A stretch of 24,000 bases of DNA, taken from NCBI RefSeq assembly GCF_034424375.1, contig NZ_CP139965.1, positions 3,643,480 to 3,667,479 on the forward strand, written 5' to 3'. Of the stretch, positions 8,059 through 15,621 are shown piece after piece (the stretch's first letter is position 1; every line of letters starts with the position of its first letter). Under the pieces are notes generated by a model that was not told the DNA's origin, ran no database searches, and saw nothing but the letters and a program-made list of their open reading frames with translations. The DNA comes from Paraburkholderia kururiensis. Its GTDB lineage: Bacteria > Pseudomonadota > Gammaproteobacteria > Burkholderiales > Burkholderiaceae. Both the position numbers and the translations under genes were made by a program.

Positions 8059-8900
8059 AAAACGTACCGCGTCGTACCCTGCCTCGCGCGCTGGCCGCCG
8101 CCATCGCGCTCACGATGCTGGCCACGCTCGCCGCGTGCTCTTCGTCGCCGCCCAGCCGTTTCTATACGCTCAGTGCGGCGACCGATGCCGGCGCCGGCAC
8201 GGCTCAGCGCACAACAGCGCCCGCCGCCAATCCTGCGCTGCTGATCGAAGTGGCGCCGGTCGACATGCCGTCGCAGGTGGCGCGCAACCAGCTCGTCGTG
8301 CAGAAAGACGCGAACGAGGTGAGCGTGCTCGAAGAGCAACGCTGGGCGTCGCTGCCCGGCGACGAAGTGCGGCGCGCGCTTTCGGGCGACCTCGCGCAGC
8401 GGCTCGGCACCATCGACGTCTACGGCGCGCCGTATCCCGAAGGCGTGCCGGTGTATCGCGTGAGCGTCAACGTGCATCGCTTCGAATCGTGGCCTGGCTC
8501 GCATGCGCTGATCGACGCCGTGTGGAGCGTGCGGCCGGTGGGCAGCCGCGCCGTCATGACGTGCCGCAGCGTGGCGAGCGTACCGGTGGCAAGCGGCTAC
8601 GACGCCCTCGTGGACGGCCATCGCCGCGCGGTGCAGGCGATCGCCGCGGCCATTGCGGGCGGCGTGCAGTCGCTCGCGGCGCTGCCGCGGGCAGCGGATA
8701 TGGGTACGGGTACGGGTACGGGTGCGACCGCGAGTGCGGGTGCGGGCAAAAGCGCCTCCCGGGCGACGGCGGCGCGAACGGCGTCAGCGGCGGGGACCAG
8801 CGCGGCGTCGGCTGCGCCTCTCGTGCCCTGCCCCGCCACGGCAATGTCGCCGGTTGCCGCTTCGGTCGGTTCGTCCGCGGCTGTTGGCTCGGGCAGTTGA
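8055..8900 (+). CDS. pqiC: PqiC/YmbA-type (DUF330) outer-membrane lipoprotein with a low-complexity C-terminal tail
   Basis: ATG at 8055 overlaps the pqiB TGA (8056-8058) as ATGA. The lipoprotein signal is MKNVPRRTLPRALAAAIALTMLATLAAC, with an LAAC lipobox. The motif SRFYTL...LLIEVAPVDMPSQVARNQLVV...VLEEQRWASLPGDEVRRAL is typical of PqiC. The last ~70 aa are Ala/Ser/Gly/Thr-rich. Confidence 0.85.
   Translation: MKNVPRRTLPRALAAAIALTMLATLAACSSSPPSRFYTLSAATDAGAGTAQRTTAPAANPALLIEVAPVDMPSQVARNQLVVQKDANEVSVLEEQRWASLPGDEVRRALSGDLAQRLGTIDVYGAPYPEGVPVYRVSVNVHRFESWPGSHALIDAVWSVRPVGSRAVMTCRSVASVPVASGYDALVDGHRRAVQAIAAAIAGGVQSLAALPRAADMGTGTGTGATASAGAGKSASRATAARTASAAGTSAASAAPLVPCPATAMSPVAASVGSSAAVGSGS
8703..8726 (+). 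repeat. In-frame hexanucleotide microsatellite (GGTACG)x3 + GGTGCG inside the pqiC tail
   Basis: Read directly: ATG GGT ACG GGT ACG GGT ACG GGT GCG, encoding M-GT-GT-GT-GA. Confidence 0.9.
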
Positions 8901-9087
8901 CGCCATCAGGCGGCGCCGTTTCGCGCGGCACAACGCGCAAGCCGAACCGGTGCCGCCGCGGCGGAAGCTGTAGAAGCGACGGCAGCCGCAATGCCGCGCA
9001 ACAAAGCATGACGCCCACACGAAGCGGCCGGCCGCCCAAACCCGACCGCGTACAATAGCGCCTTCCCCGCAGCGTTCCGCCCTCCTC

Positions 9088-10410
9088 ATGTCTTTCGATT
9101 TCTTCGTTCCCTGTCCGCGCGGTCTCGAAGCCGCCCTCGCCGCCGAAATTGCCGAGATCGGCTCGCGCCATCTGCGCGCCGGCGCCCTGCAACCGGGCAG
9201 CGACGTGCCGGGCGGCGTGCATTTCCGCGGCGACTGGTCGGCCGGCATGGCCGTTAACCTGCACTCGCGCATCGCGAGCCGCGTGCTGCTCAAGATCGCA
9301 CAGCAGCCGTACCGCAACGAGCACGACATCTACAACTTCGCGCACGAGCAGCGCTGGGAACAGTGGTTTTCGGCCAACGAGACGTTGCGCGTCGACATCA
9401 CGGCGATCAAGTCGCCGCTGCGCAGCCTGGAATTCGCGACGCTGCGCGTGAAGGACGCGGTCTGCGACCGCCTGCGCGAAGTGAGCGGCGCGCGCCCGAG
9501 CATCGATACCGCCGTGCCCGACGTGCGCGTCTTCGCATTCCTCACGGCCGCCGAGTGCACGCTGTATCTCGATACCTCGGGCGAGCCGCTCTTCAAGCGC
9601 GGCTGGCGGCTCGACAAGGGCGCGGCGCCGCTGCGCGAAAACCTGGCCGCGGGCATCCTGCGCCTCACCGGCTGGACGCCGGGCACGCCGCTCTACGACC
9701 CGATGTGCGGCAGCGGCACGTTCCTCGCCGAGGCGGCACAGATCGCGCTCAACATCGCGCCCGGCGTGGACCGCCGTTTCGGTTTCGAAAAGCTCAAGCA
9801 GTACGACATCACGGCATGGCAGACGCTGAAGGTCGCGGCCATGGACGCGAGGCGCGCCGCCCGCGGCGCCCGCGCGAATCTGCAGATCTACGGCAGCGAC
9901 ATTTCGGGCGACATGCTGGACAAGGCGCGGGCGAACATCGAGCGCGCGGGTCTGCCGGCGATGCCGCTCAAGCAGATCGATGCGCGCGCCATGACGCCGC
10001 CCACCGACACGCCCGGCATCCTCGTGGCGAACCCGCCCTATGGCGAGCGGATCGAAGTGAGGGGCCGCGGCCCGCGCGGCGAGATTCGCGACACCGGCCG
10101 CCGGTCCGAGCGTGATGCCTACGACGACGAAGGCTTTCGCCGCGCCCAGCCCGATGCGCCGGACAGCGAGTTCTTCCACGCTATCGGCGACGCGCTCAAG
10201 CAGCGCTTCACGGGCTGGCACGCGTTCTTCCTCACGTCGGACCGCAAGCTTCCCGGTCAGCTGCGGCTGCGCGAATCGGCCAAGACGCCGCTCTTCAACG
10301 GCGCGCTCGAATGCCGGCTGTTCCGCTTCGACCTGATCGCGGGCAGCGTGCGGCAACGGCCGAACGCCGCCGCGCCGGGCGAAGACGGCGGAGAAGCCAG
10401 CGGGGGTTGA
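9088..10410 (+). CDS. THUMP domain-containing class I SAM-dependent RNA methyltransferase (RlmL N-terminal-half-like, COG0116)
   Basis: 440 aa with ATG at 9088. The N-terminal part is ferredoxin-like/THUMP (FFVPCPRGLEAALAAEI...RIASRVLLKI...LRVKDAVCDRLRE). The SAM motif is LYDPMCGSGTFLAEAA and the catalytic motif is NPPYGERI. Confidence 0.88.
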   Translation: MSFDFFVPCPRGLEAALAAEIAEIGSRHLRAGALQPGSDVPGGVHFRGDWSAGMAVNLHSRIASRVLLKIAQQPYRNEHDIYNFAHEQRWEQWFSANETLRVDITAIKSPLRSLEFATLRVKDAVCDRLREVSGARPSIDTAVPDVRVFAFLTAAECTLYLDTSGEPLFKRGWRLDKGAAPLRENLAAGILRLTGWTPGTPLYDPMCGSGTFLAEAAQIALNIAPGVDRRFGFEKLKQYDITAWQTLKVAAMDARRAARGARANLQIYGSDISGDMLDKARANIERAGLPAMPLKQIDARAMTPPTDTPGILVANPPYGERIEVRGRGPRGEIRDTGRRSERDAYDDEGFRRAQPDAPDSEFFHAIGDALKQRFTGWHAFFLTSDRKLPGQLRLRESAKTPLFNGALECRLFRFDLIAGSVRQRPNAAAPGEDGGEASGG

Positions 10411-10500
10411 ACTTGCGCTGAGCCGCAACGGGCGGTTCCGCGGCGCAGCGACCATTCCTCGGCAGCGTTTCAGGCCACGGTAGCCGGCATCACGCGTTCA

Positions 10501-10842
10501 TCACCCTTCCCGTTCGCCCTCATCCCCCGCGTCGGCGCGCGCCTCGAGCCCACGCTTGAGGTCGTGCAGCGCGCGCAGCCGGTCGCGTTCGAACTTGCCG
10601 ATCCAGCGCTCCGCAATCTCGTGGATCGGCACCGGATTCAGGTAATGCAGCTTTTCGCGACCGCGCCAGGCGGTCGCCACCAGATTCGCTTCTTCCAGTA
10701 GCGCCAGGTGCTTGCTCACGGCCTGGCGCGTCATCGCGAGGCCCTCGCAGAGTTCGCCCAGCGTTTGTCCATTGCGCGCGTGCAGCAGGTCGAGCAGCTG
10801 ACGGCGCGTCGGGTCTGCCAGCGCCTTGAATACGGCGTCCAT
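10501..10842 (-). CDS. ArsR/SmtB family (metalloregulator-type) winged-helix transcriptional regulator
   Basis: The internal ATG at 10842-10840 gives 113 aa: MDAVFKALADPTRRQLLDLLHARNGQTLGELCEGLAMTRQAVSKHLALLEEANLV. This is a canonical ArsR HTH. The longer ORF to 10947 adds an implausible Arg-rich extension. Confidence 0.85.
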   Translation of the reverse strand: MDAVFKALADPTRRQLLDLLHARNGQTLGELCEGLAMTRQAVSKHLALLEEANLVATAWRGREKLHYLNPVPIHEIAERWIGKFERDRLRALHDLKRGLEARADAGDEGEREG

Positions 10843-10942
10843 ACGTCGATTGAAGTCCTCGTTCGTCTCTCGCGGCCTGCCGCTTCTGTGTTCGCAGATG
10901 CGCACGACGATGCGCGTGCAGGCTTGCCGTCGGCGTCCATTA

Positions 10943-10960
10943 TGCAACCATGAGGTTGCA
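10943..10960. promoter_or_regulatory. Candidate operator: inverted repeat TGCAACC-ATGA-GGTTGCA in the arsR/VOC divergent region
   Basis: Perfect 7-bp arms (10943-10949 / 10954-10960) with a 4-bp spacer, about 100 bp upstream of the arsR-family start. ArsR/SmtB proteins typically bind short inverted repeats near their own promoters. No experimental support. Confidence 0.3.
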
Positions 10961-11123
10961 CGTCAAGCGCCGCGCGGCAGGCGGTTCGTTAAAGCCGTTT
11001 TCAAGCCCGCTCTTTCACTCGGCCCAGCAAAGCTACTGACAGAACGCTGTCAGCAGCGGCCCCGCACACTTCCATCACGCCATCCGGCGCCTTCAGGACT
11101 TACCGACAATCAAGGAGCGTGTC

Positions 11124-11513
11124 ATGTCAGCAGATCAATCGCGCGTCATCGCCTGGTTCGACATTCCGGCCGTGGACTTCGACCGCGCCACCCGTTTCTA
11201 CGAAGCCGCGCTCGACGTCGAACTGCGGCGCGAAGTGGTGAGCGGCATTCCGATGGCCATCTTCGGCCGCGGCGAAGCCGACACCGGCGGCTGCATCGTG
11301 TTCAACCCGCAGCAGCAGAAACCCGACAACGACGGCGTGCTGGTCTACCTCAACGCAAAGCCCACGGTGACGGCGGCGCTCGAGCGCGTGGAGCGTGCGG
11401 GCGGCAAGAAGCAGGGGCCGGCTATCGAGCTGCCGAACAACTACGGCTACATCGGCTACTTCATCGATACCGAAGGCAACCGCGTCGGACTGCATTCGCT
11501 CAAGCTGGCTTAA
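11124..11513 (+). CDS. VOC (glyoxalase/bleomycin-resistance/dioxygenase) family protein, COG3324-like
   Basis: 129 aa. An AAGGAG SD (11112-11117) sits 6 nt before ATG 11124. The sequence IAWFDIPAVDFDRATRFYEAALDVEL...GYIGYFIDTEGNRVGLHS matches the single-domain VOC pattern. Confidence 0.85.
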   Translation: MSADQSRVIAWFDIPAVDFDRATRFYEAALDVELRREVVSGIPMAIFGRGEADTGGCIVFNPQQQKPDNDGVLVYLNAKPTVTAALERVERAGGKKQGPAIELPNNYGYIGYFIDTEGNRVGLHSLKLA

Positions 11514-11596
11514 GCGAAGAAAGCACGGCACGAGCGGTTCGCCGCCGTTGCCGTGCGCGCTATGATCGCCGCATTCCACCCACCGCACCCGCCACG

Positions 11597-12283
11597 ATGA
11601 CCCGTCGCGCCGACCGCCTGTTCCAGATCGCCGAGCTGCTGCGCGGCCGGCGGCTCACGACTGCGCAGCAGCTGGCCGAATGGCTCAACGTGTCGGCGCG
11701 CACCGTGTATCGCGACGTGCGCGACCTGCAGCTTTCGGGCGTGCCGATCGAAGGCGAAGCGGGCATCGGCTACCGGCTCTCGCGAGCGGCGAGCCTGCCG
11801 CCACTCATGTTCACCGCCGACGAACTCGCGGCGCTCGCCACCGGCGCGCGGATGCTCGAAACGTGGGGCGGCGCGGGCCTCGCGGGCGGTGCCCGCAGCG
11901 CGCTCGCGAAAATCGCCTCGGCCATGCCGGCCGACAAGCGCGCAGCGCTCGAACGGCTCGCCGTGTTCGTGCCGTCGTTTCATATCGACGGCGAGTTTTC
12001 GAAGAAGGTGGACACGCTGCATCGCGCCGTGGATACGCGGCTCGTGGTGAGCTTCGGCTACGAGGACCGGCTGGGCGCACAGACCGAGCGGCGCGTGTGG
12101 CCGCTCGGTCTCGTCTACTGGGGCGGGCGCTGGACGGTGGGCGCCTGGTGCGAATTGCGCGAGGACTTCCGCAACTTCGACATCGCGCGCATGAAGGGCG
12201 TGGCCGTGCACGAGCACTTTCCCGACATGAGCGGCCGGCGCCTCGCGGACTATCTGCGCGTGGTGAACGCGCCGTCGCGGTGA
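11597..12283 (+). CDS. YafY family transcriptional regulator (N-terminal HTH + WYL domain)
   Basis: ATG at 11597, 228 aa. The HTH is MTRRADRLFQIAELLRGRRLTTAQQLAEWLNVSARTVYRDVRDLQLSGVPIEGEAGIGYRL. A WYL-like core follows: RRVWPLGLVYWGGRWTVGAWCELREDFRNFDIARM. The rest of ORF 10826..12283 upstream is out-of-context junk overlapping the VOC gene. Confidence 0.88.
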   Translation: MTRRADRLFQIAELLRGRRLTTAQQLAEWLNVSARTVYRDVRDLQLSGVPIEGEAGIGYRLSRAASLPPLMFTADELAALATGARMLETWGGAGLAGGARSALAKIASAMPADKRAALERLAVFVPSFHIDGEFSKKVDTLHRAVDTRLVVSFGYEDRLGAQTERRVWPLGLVYWGGRWTVGAWCELREDFRNFDIARMKGVAVHEHFPDMSGRRLADYLRVVNAPSR

Positions 12284-12323
12284 CGGCGCGCGCTCATGAC
12301 GCCGACGTCAACGTCGACGTGGA

Positions 12324-13796
12324 CTACTCCACCGACTTCACCATGTCCTCGATCACCTTCTTCGCGTCGCCGAATACCATCATCGTCTTGTCCATATAGA
12401 ACAGCTCGTTGTCGAGACCGGCGTAGCCCGCCGCCATCGACCGCTTGTTGACGATGACCGTGCGCGCCTTGTACGCCTCGATGATCGGCATGCCCGCAAT
12501 CGGCGACTTCGGATCGTTCTTCGCCGCGGGGTTCACCACGTCGTTCGCGCCGAGCACCAGCACCACGTCGGTCTGGCCGAACTGGTTGTTGATGTCGTCC
12601 ATCTCGAAGACGAGGTCGTAGGGCACCTCGGCTTCGGCGAGCAGCACGTTCATGTGCCCCGGCATGCGGCCCGCCACGGGGTGAATGGCGTAGCGCACGT
12701 CGATGCCCTTTTCGATGAGCTTGTCGGTGAGCTCCTTCAACGCGTGCTGCGCGCGGGCGACCGCGAGCCCGTAGCCCGGCACGATCACCACCGTTTCCGC
12801 GTTGCCGAGCATGAACGACGCGTCTTCGGCCGAACCCGACTTCACCGGCCGCTGTTCCTGCGCGCCGCCCGCCGCAGCCGCGCCCGGCTCCGCGCCGAAG
12901 CCGCCCAGCAGCACGTTGAAGAACGAGCGGTTCATCGCATGGCACATGATGTACGAGAGAATCGCGCCCGACGACCCCACCAGCGACCCCGCAATGATCA
13001 GCATCGCGTTGTTGAGCGAGAAGCCGATGCCCGCCGCGGCCCAGCCCGAGTACGAGTTGAGCATCGACACCACGACGGGCATGTCCGCCCCGCCGATCGG
13101 GATGATGATGAGCACGCCGAGCGCGAATGCGATCACCGTCATGATGATGAACGGCAGCCACGATTGCGTGAGAAAGAAGATCACGCCGAAGCCGACCATC
13201 GCGATGGCGAGCATGAGGTTCAGCAGATGCTGGCCCGCATACACGACCGGCGCGCCCTGGAAGAGCCGGAACTTGTACTTGCCCGAGAGCTTGCCGAACG
13301 CGATCACCGAACCTGAGAACGTGATCGCCCCCACGAACGTGCCAATGAAGAGTTCGATGCGGTTGCCGTAGGGCAGGAAGCCCGCATACGGCGCGTCCTC
13401 GGCGCCCAGACCGAAGGCGGCCGGTTCCGCCACGACCGCATATGCGATGCACACGGCAGCGAGACCGATCAGCGAGTGCATGGCCGCCACGAGTTCGGGC
13501 ATCTTCGTCATTTCGACGCGCGCGGCCACATAGGCGCCAATCGCACCGCCCACCACGAGCGCACCGAACAACAGCCCAAGGCCGAGACCGAGGTTCGAAC
13601 CCAGGTAGCCGGCCTGCTTCACGATCAGCGCGATGGTGGTGAGGATGGCGATGGCCATGCCCACCATGCCGAACAGGTTGCCGGCCCGCGCGCTCTTCGG
13701 ATTGGACAGCCCCTTGAGCGCCTGGATGAAGCACACCGAGGCCAGCAGGTAGAGCAGCGTCACCACGTTCATGCTCACGAAGTTCAGCCCCATCAT
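12324..13796 (-). CDS. pntB: NAD(P) transhydrogenase (proton-translocating) subunit beta
   Basis: ATG at 13796 overlaps the upstream gene's stop TGA (13795-13793). The 490-aa protein starts [50 protein letters not shown]. The dIII NADP(H) domain reads ...[20 protein letters not shown]...[19 protein letters not shown]...[14 protein letters not shown]. The stop is TAG at 12326-12324. Confidence 0.93.
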   Translation of the reverse strand: MMGLNFVSMNVVTLLYLLASVCFIQALKGLSNPKSARAGNLFGMVGMAIAILTTIALIVKQAGYLGSNLGLGLGLLFGALVVGGAIGAYVAARVEMTKMPELVAAMHSLIGLAAVCIAYAVVAEPAAFGLGAEDAPYAGFLPYGNRIELFIGTFVGAITFSGSVIAFGKLSGKYKFRLFQGAPVVYAGQHLLNLMLAIAMVGFGVIFFLTQSWLPFIIMTVIAFALGVLIIIPIGGADMPVVVSMLNSYSGWAAAGIGFSLNNAMLIIAGSLVGSSGAILSYIMCHAMNRSFFNVLLGGFGAEPGAAAAGGAQEQRPVKSGSAEDASFMLGNAETVVIVPGYGLAVARAQHALKELTDKLIEKGIDVRYAIHPVAGRMPGHMNVLLAEAEVPYDLVFEMDDINNQFGQTDVVLVLGANDVVNPAAKNDPKSPIAGMPIIEAYKARTVIVNKRSMAAGYAGLDNELFYMDKTMMVFGDAKKVIEDMVKSVE

Positions 13797-14122
13797 GCGC
13801 CCTCCTTGCCGGTGGCGCCGCCCTGCTTCCTGGGTTCTTTCTTCCGGAACATCTCCAGCATTCGCCTTGTCACCAGAAAGCCGCCGAACACGTTCACGGC
13901 CGCGAGCAACACGGCAAGCGTGCCGAAGAACTTGCCGGCGCCGCCCACCGTGAGCGCCGTGGCGAGCATGGCGCCCACGATCACGATGGCCGAGATCGCG
14001 TTGGTGACTGCCATGAGCGGCGTGTGCAGCGCGGGCGTGACGTTCCACACCACGTGATAGCCCACGTAGACCGCCAGCACGAAGATGATGAGATTGATGA
14101 CCGTATGGTTGATGACTTCCAT
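13793..14122 (-). CDS. pntA: NAD(P) transhydrogenase subunit alpha part 2 (PntAB, membrane dII segment)
   Basis: ATG at 14122 is preceded by a GAGGAGAA SD. The 109-aa protein is [52 protein letters not shown]...[17 protein letters not shown]. The remainder of ORF 13793..14578 upstream is Arg-rich junk overlapping pntAA. Confidence 0.9.
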   Translation of the reverse strand: MEVINHTVINLIIFVLAVYVGYHVVWNVTPALHTPLMAVTNAISAIVIVGAMLATALTVGGAGKFFGTLAVLLAAVNVFGGFLVTRRMLEMFRKKEPRKQGGATGKEGA

Positions 14123-14136
14123 CGCCGCTGTTCTCC

Positions 14137-15288
14137 TCATGCCTTGCGCGTGACGGCGCCGTCGCGGGCCAGCAGCGTGGCCGCGACGATGTCGTCCGCG
14201 AGATCGATGTTGAGCGTGCCTTCCTTCGTGACGATCAGCTTCAGGAAGTCGAGCAGGTTGCGCGCGTAGAGCGAAGACGCGTCCGCCGCCACCATTGCCG
14301 CCAGGTTCGTGTAGCCCACGATCGTCACGCCGTGCTTCGTCACCACCTCGTCGGCCACGGTGAGCGGGCAGTTGCCGCCGCGGCGGCCGGTGGCTTGATC
14401 GGCCACGGGGCCGCGACCCGCTGCAAGGTCTACCACGACCGAGCCCGGCTTCATGGCCTCCACCGTCTGCGCGGGCAAGAGCGTGGGGGCGTCGCGGCCG
14501 GGAATCAGCGCGGTACTGATCACGATGTCGGCCTGGCGCGCGCGTTCGTGCACGAGCGCCGATTGCCGCGCGAGCCACGACGGCGGCATGGGCCGCGCGT
14601 AGCCGCCCACGCCTTCGGCCGCCTCGCGCTCTTCCTGCGTCTCGTAGGGCACATCGAGGAATTTCGCGCCCAGCGACTCGATCTGCTCCTTCACGGCGGG
14701 CCGCACGTCGGACGCTTCGATCACCGCGCCCAGCCGCCGCGCCGTGGCGATGGCCTGCAAACCCGCCACGCCCGCGCCGAGCACGAGCACGCGCGCCGCC
14801 TTCACCGTACCGGCGGCCGTCATCAGCATGGGCATGAAGCGAGGGTAGACGCTGGCAGCCACGAGCACCGCCTTGTAGCCGGCGATGTTGGCCTGGGACG
14901 AGAGCACGTCGAGGCTCTGCGCGCGCGTGGTGCGCGGTGCGGCTTCCAGCGAGAACGCCGTGAGCCCCGCTTCGGCGAGCTGCGCGGCATTCGCGGCATT
15001 GAACGGATCGAGCATGCCCACGAGCACGGCGCCGCGCTTCATGAACGGCAGCTCGCTCACGGAGGGCGACTGCACCTTGAGCACGAGGTCGGCGGCGAAG
15101 GCGGTGGCCGCGTCCGTGATCTCGGCACCGACGGCAACGTAGGCCTCGTCGGTGAAGCTCGCGGCGGTGCCGGCGCCCGCCTGCACGGTGACGCGATGCC
15201 CCTGGCTCACATACTTCTTGACCGTCTCGGGCGTCGCGGCCACTCGGGTTTCGTTCGCCCGCGTCTCGGCAGGCACTCCGATATGCAT
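14137..15288 (-). CDS. pntA: NAD(P) transhydrogenase subunit alpha part 1 (PntAA, soluble NAD(H)-binding dI)
   Basis: ATG at 15288 is preceded by an AAGGAGGG SD. The 383-aa protein starts [26 protein letters not shown], contains the Rossmann motif [22 protein letters not shown], and is alanine dehydrogenase/PNT-like throughout. Confidence 0.93.
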   Translation of the reverse strand: MHIGVPAETRANETRVAATPETVKKYVSQGHRVTVQAGAGTAASFTDEAYVAVGAEITDAATAFAADLVLKVQSPSVSELPFMKRGAVLVGMLDPFNAANAAQLAEAGLTAFSLEAAPRTTRAQSLDVLSSQANIAGYKAVLVAASVYPRFMPMLMTAAGTVKAARVLVLGAGVAGLQAIATARRLGAVIEASDVRPAVKEQIESLGAKFLDVPYETQEEREAAEGVGGYARPMPPSWLARQSALVHERARQADIVISTALIPGRDAPTLLPAQTVEAMKPGSVVVDLAAGRGPVADQATGRRGGNCPLTVADEVVTKHGVTIVGYTNLAAMVAADASSLYARNLLDFLKLIVTKEGTLNIDLADDIVAATLLARDGAVTRKA

Positions 15289-15525
15289 CCTGGAACCCTC
15301 CTTCTTATTGCTTATCAAGCGCTCATGAAGCGAATAAAGCGAAGACAGGGGCCGGCCACGGTGCGCCGGCTTCTCGTGCAGCGGCTACCGCGCCACTTTA
15401 CCCGAAAGTGGGGGGCGAACCGTAATCGGCACAATCCCGGCTGTGCGCGCCGCTTCGGGTCGGGTTCGGGCCTGTCTGGAGCGTGCCTGGAGCTTGCTTC
15501 GGGTCGCGTTCGGCCTGGTTTTTGG

Positions 15526-15592
15526 CCCGATGCGGGCCTGATGGGGGCCTGCTGCGGACCTGACTCGGCCCTGCAAGCGGCCCGAAGCGAGG
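15526..15592. repeat. Six tandem degenerate units phased at about 11 bp (CCYG-N5-7-GG) in the pntAA/NUDIX intergenic region; looser copies extend back to about 15450
   Basis: Read directly: cccgatgcggg | cctgatggggg | cctgctgcgga | cctgactcgg | ccctgcaagcgg | cccgaagcgagg. CCYG occurs at 15526, 15537, 15548, 15559, 15570 and 15581. Upstream units (cctgtctggag, cgtgcctggag, cttgcttcggg...) are less regular. Confidence 0.6.
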
Positions 15593-15621
15593 CACGGCGC
15601 CAACCGGTAAAATGTCGGCCC

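Noticed and set aside
8699-8760. Short repeated GGTACG/GGTGCG/AGTGCG units that might suggest a repeat array or CRISPR-like structure.
   Set aside because: The units are 6 bp, contiguous, in frame and inside the pqiC ORF. There is no repeat-spacer organisation and no cas genes. This is a coding microsatellite, not CRISPR.
5709-8900. A 1063-aa ORF, the longest in the track, which could be mistaken for a giant novel protein.
   Set aside because: It is a composite. Its first ~220 codons are an off-frame reading of the second pqiA gene. The middle is genuine PqiB up to the C7 tract. Next come ~130 codons of out-of-frame PqiB C-terminus (Arg/Ala/His-rich). The end is genuine PqiC. The continuity exists only because stops are rare in high-GC DNA and the pqiB N-terminal frame equals the pqiC frame.
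6084-10455. Very long antisense or off-frame ORFs over pqiB, pqiC and the methyltransferase (6084..7988 -, 634 aa; 7124..9058 +, 644 aa; 8554..10455 -, 633 aa).
   Set aside because: Their translations are dominated by Arg/Ala/His/Gly/Pro runs with no domain-like features. Each is fully overlapped by a gene with clear family motifs on the other strand or frame. This is typical of spurious ORFs in GC-rich genomes.
10826-11596. The upstream 257 codons of ORF 10826..12283, and the N-terminal extension of the ArsR ORF to 10947.
   Set aside because: The regulator homology begins only at ATG 11597 (YafY HTH) and ATG 10842 (ArsR). The extensions cross the VOC gene and intergenic DNA and have no protein-like features.
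12284-12323. A palindrome-rich 40-bp spacer between convergent yafY and pntB (contains ACGTCGACGT and a CGACG-TCAA-CGTCG hairpin) as a possible bidirectional terminator.
   Set aside because: The stem is only 5-6 bp and neither side has a U-tract. It is too weak to call as a terminator.
13585-13600. The tRNA T-loop-like string GGTTCGAACCC, with a similar GGTTCGAA inside the hairpin at 941-968.
   Set aside because: The first lies inside the pntB coding frame and has no cloverleaf context. The second is the stem of the secF/MFS terminator. I found no tRNA, rRNA or tmRNA gene in the window.
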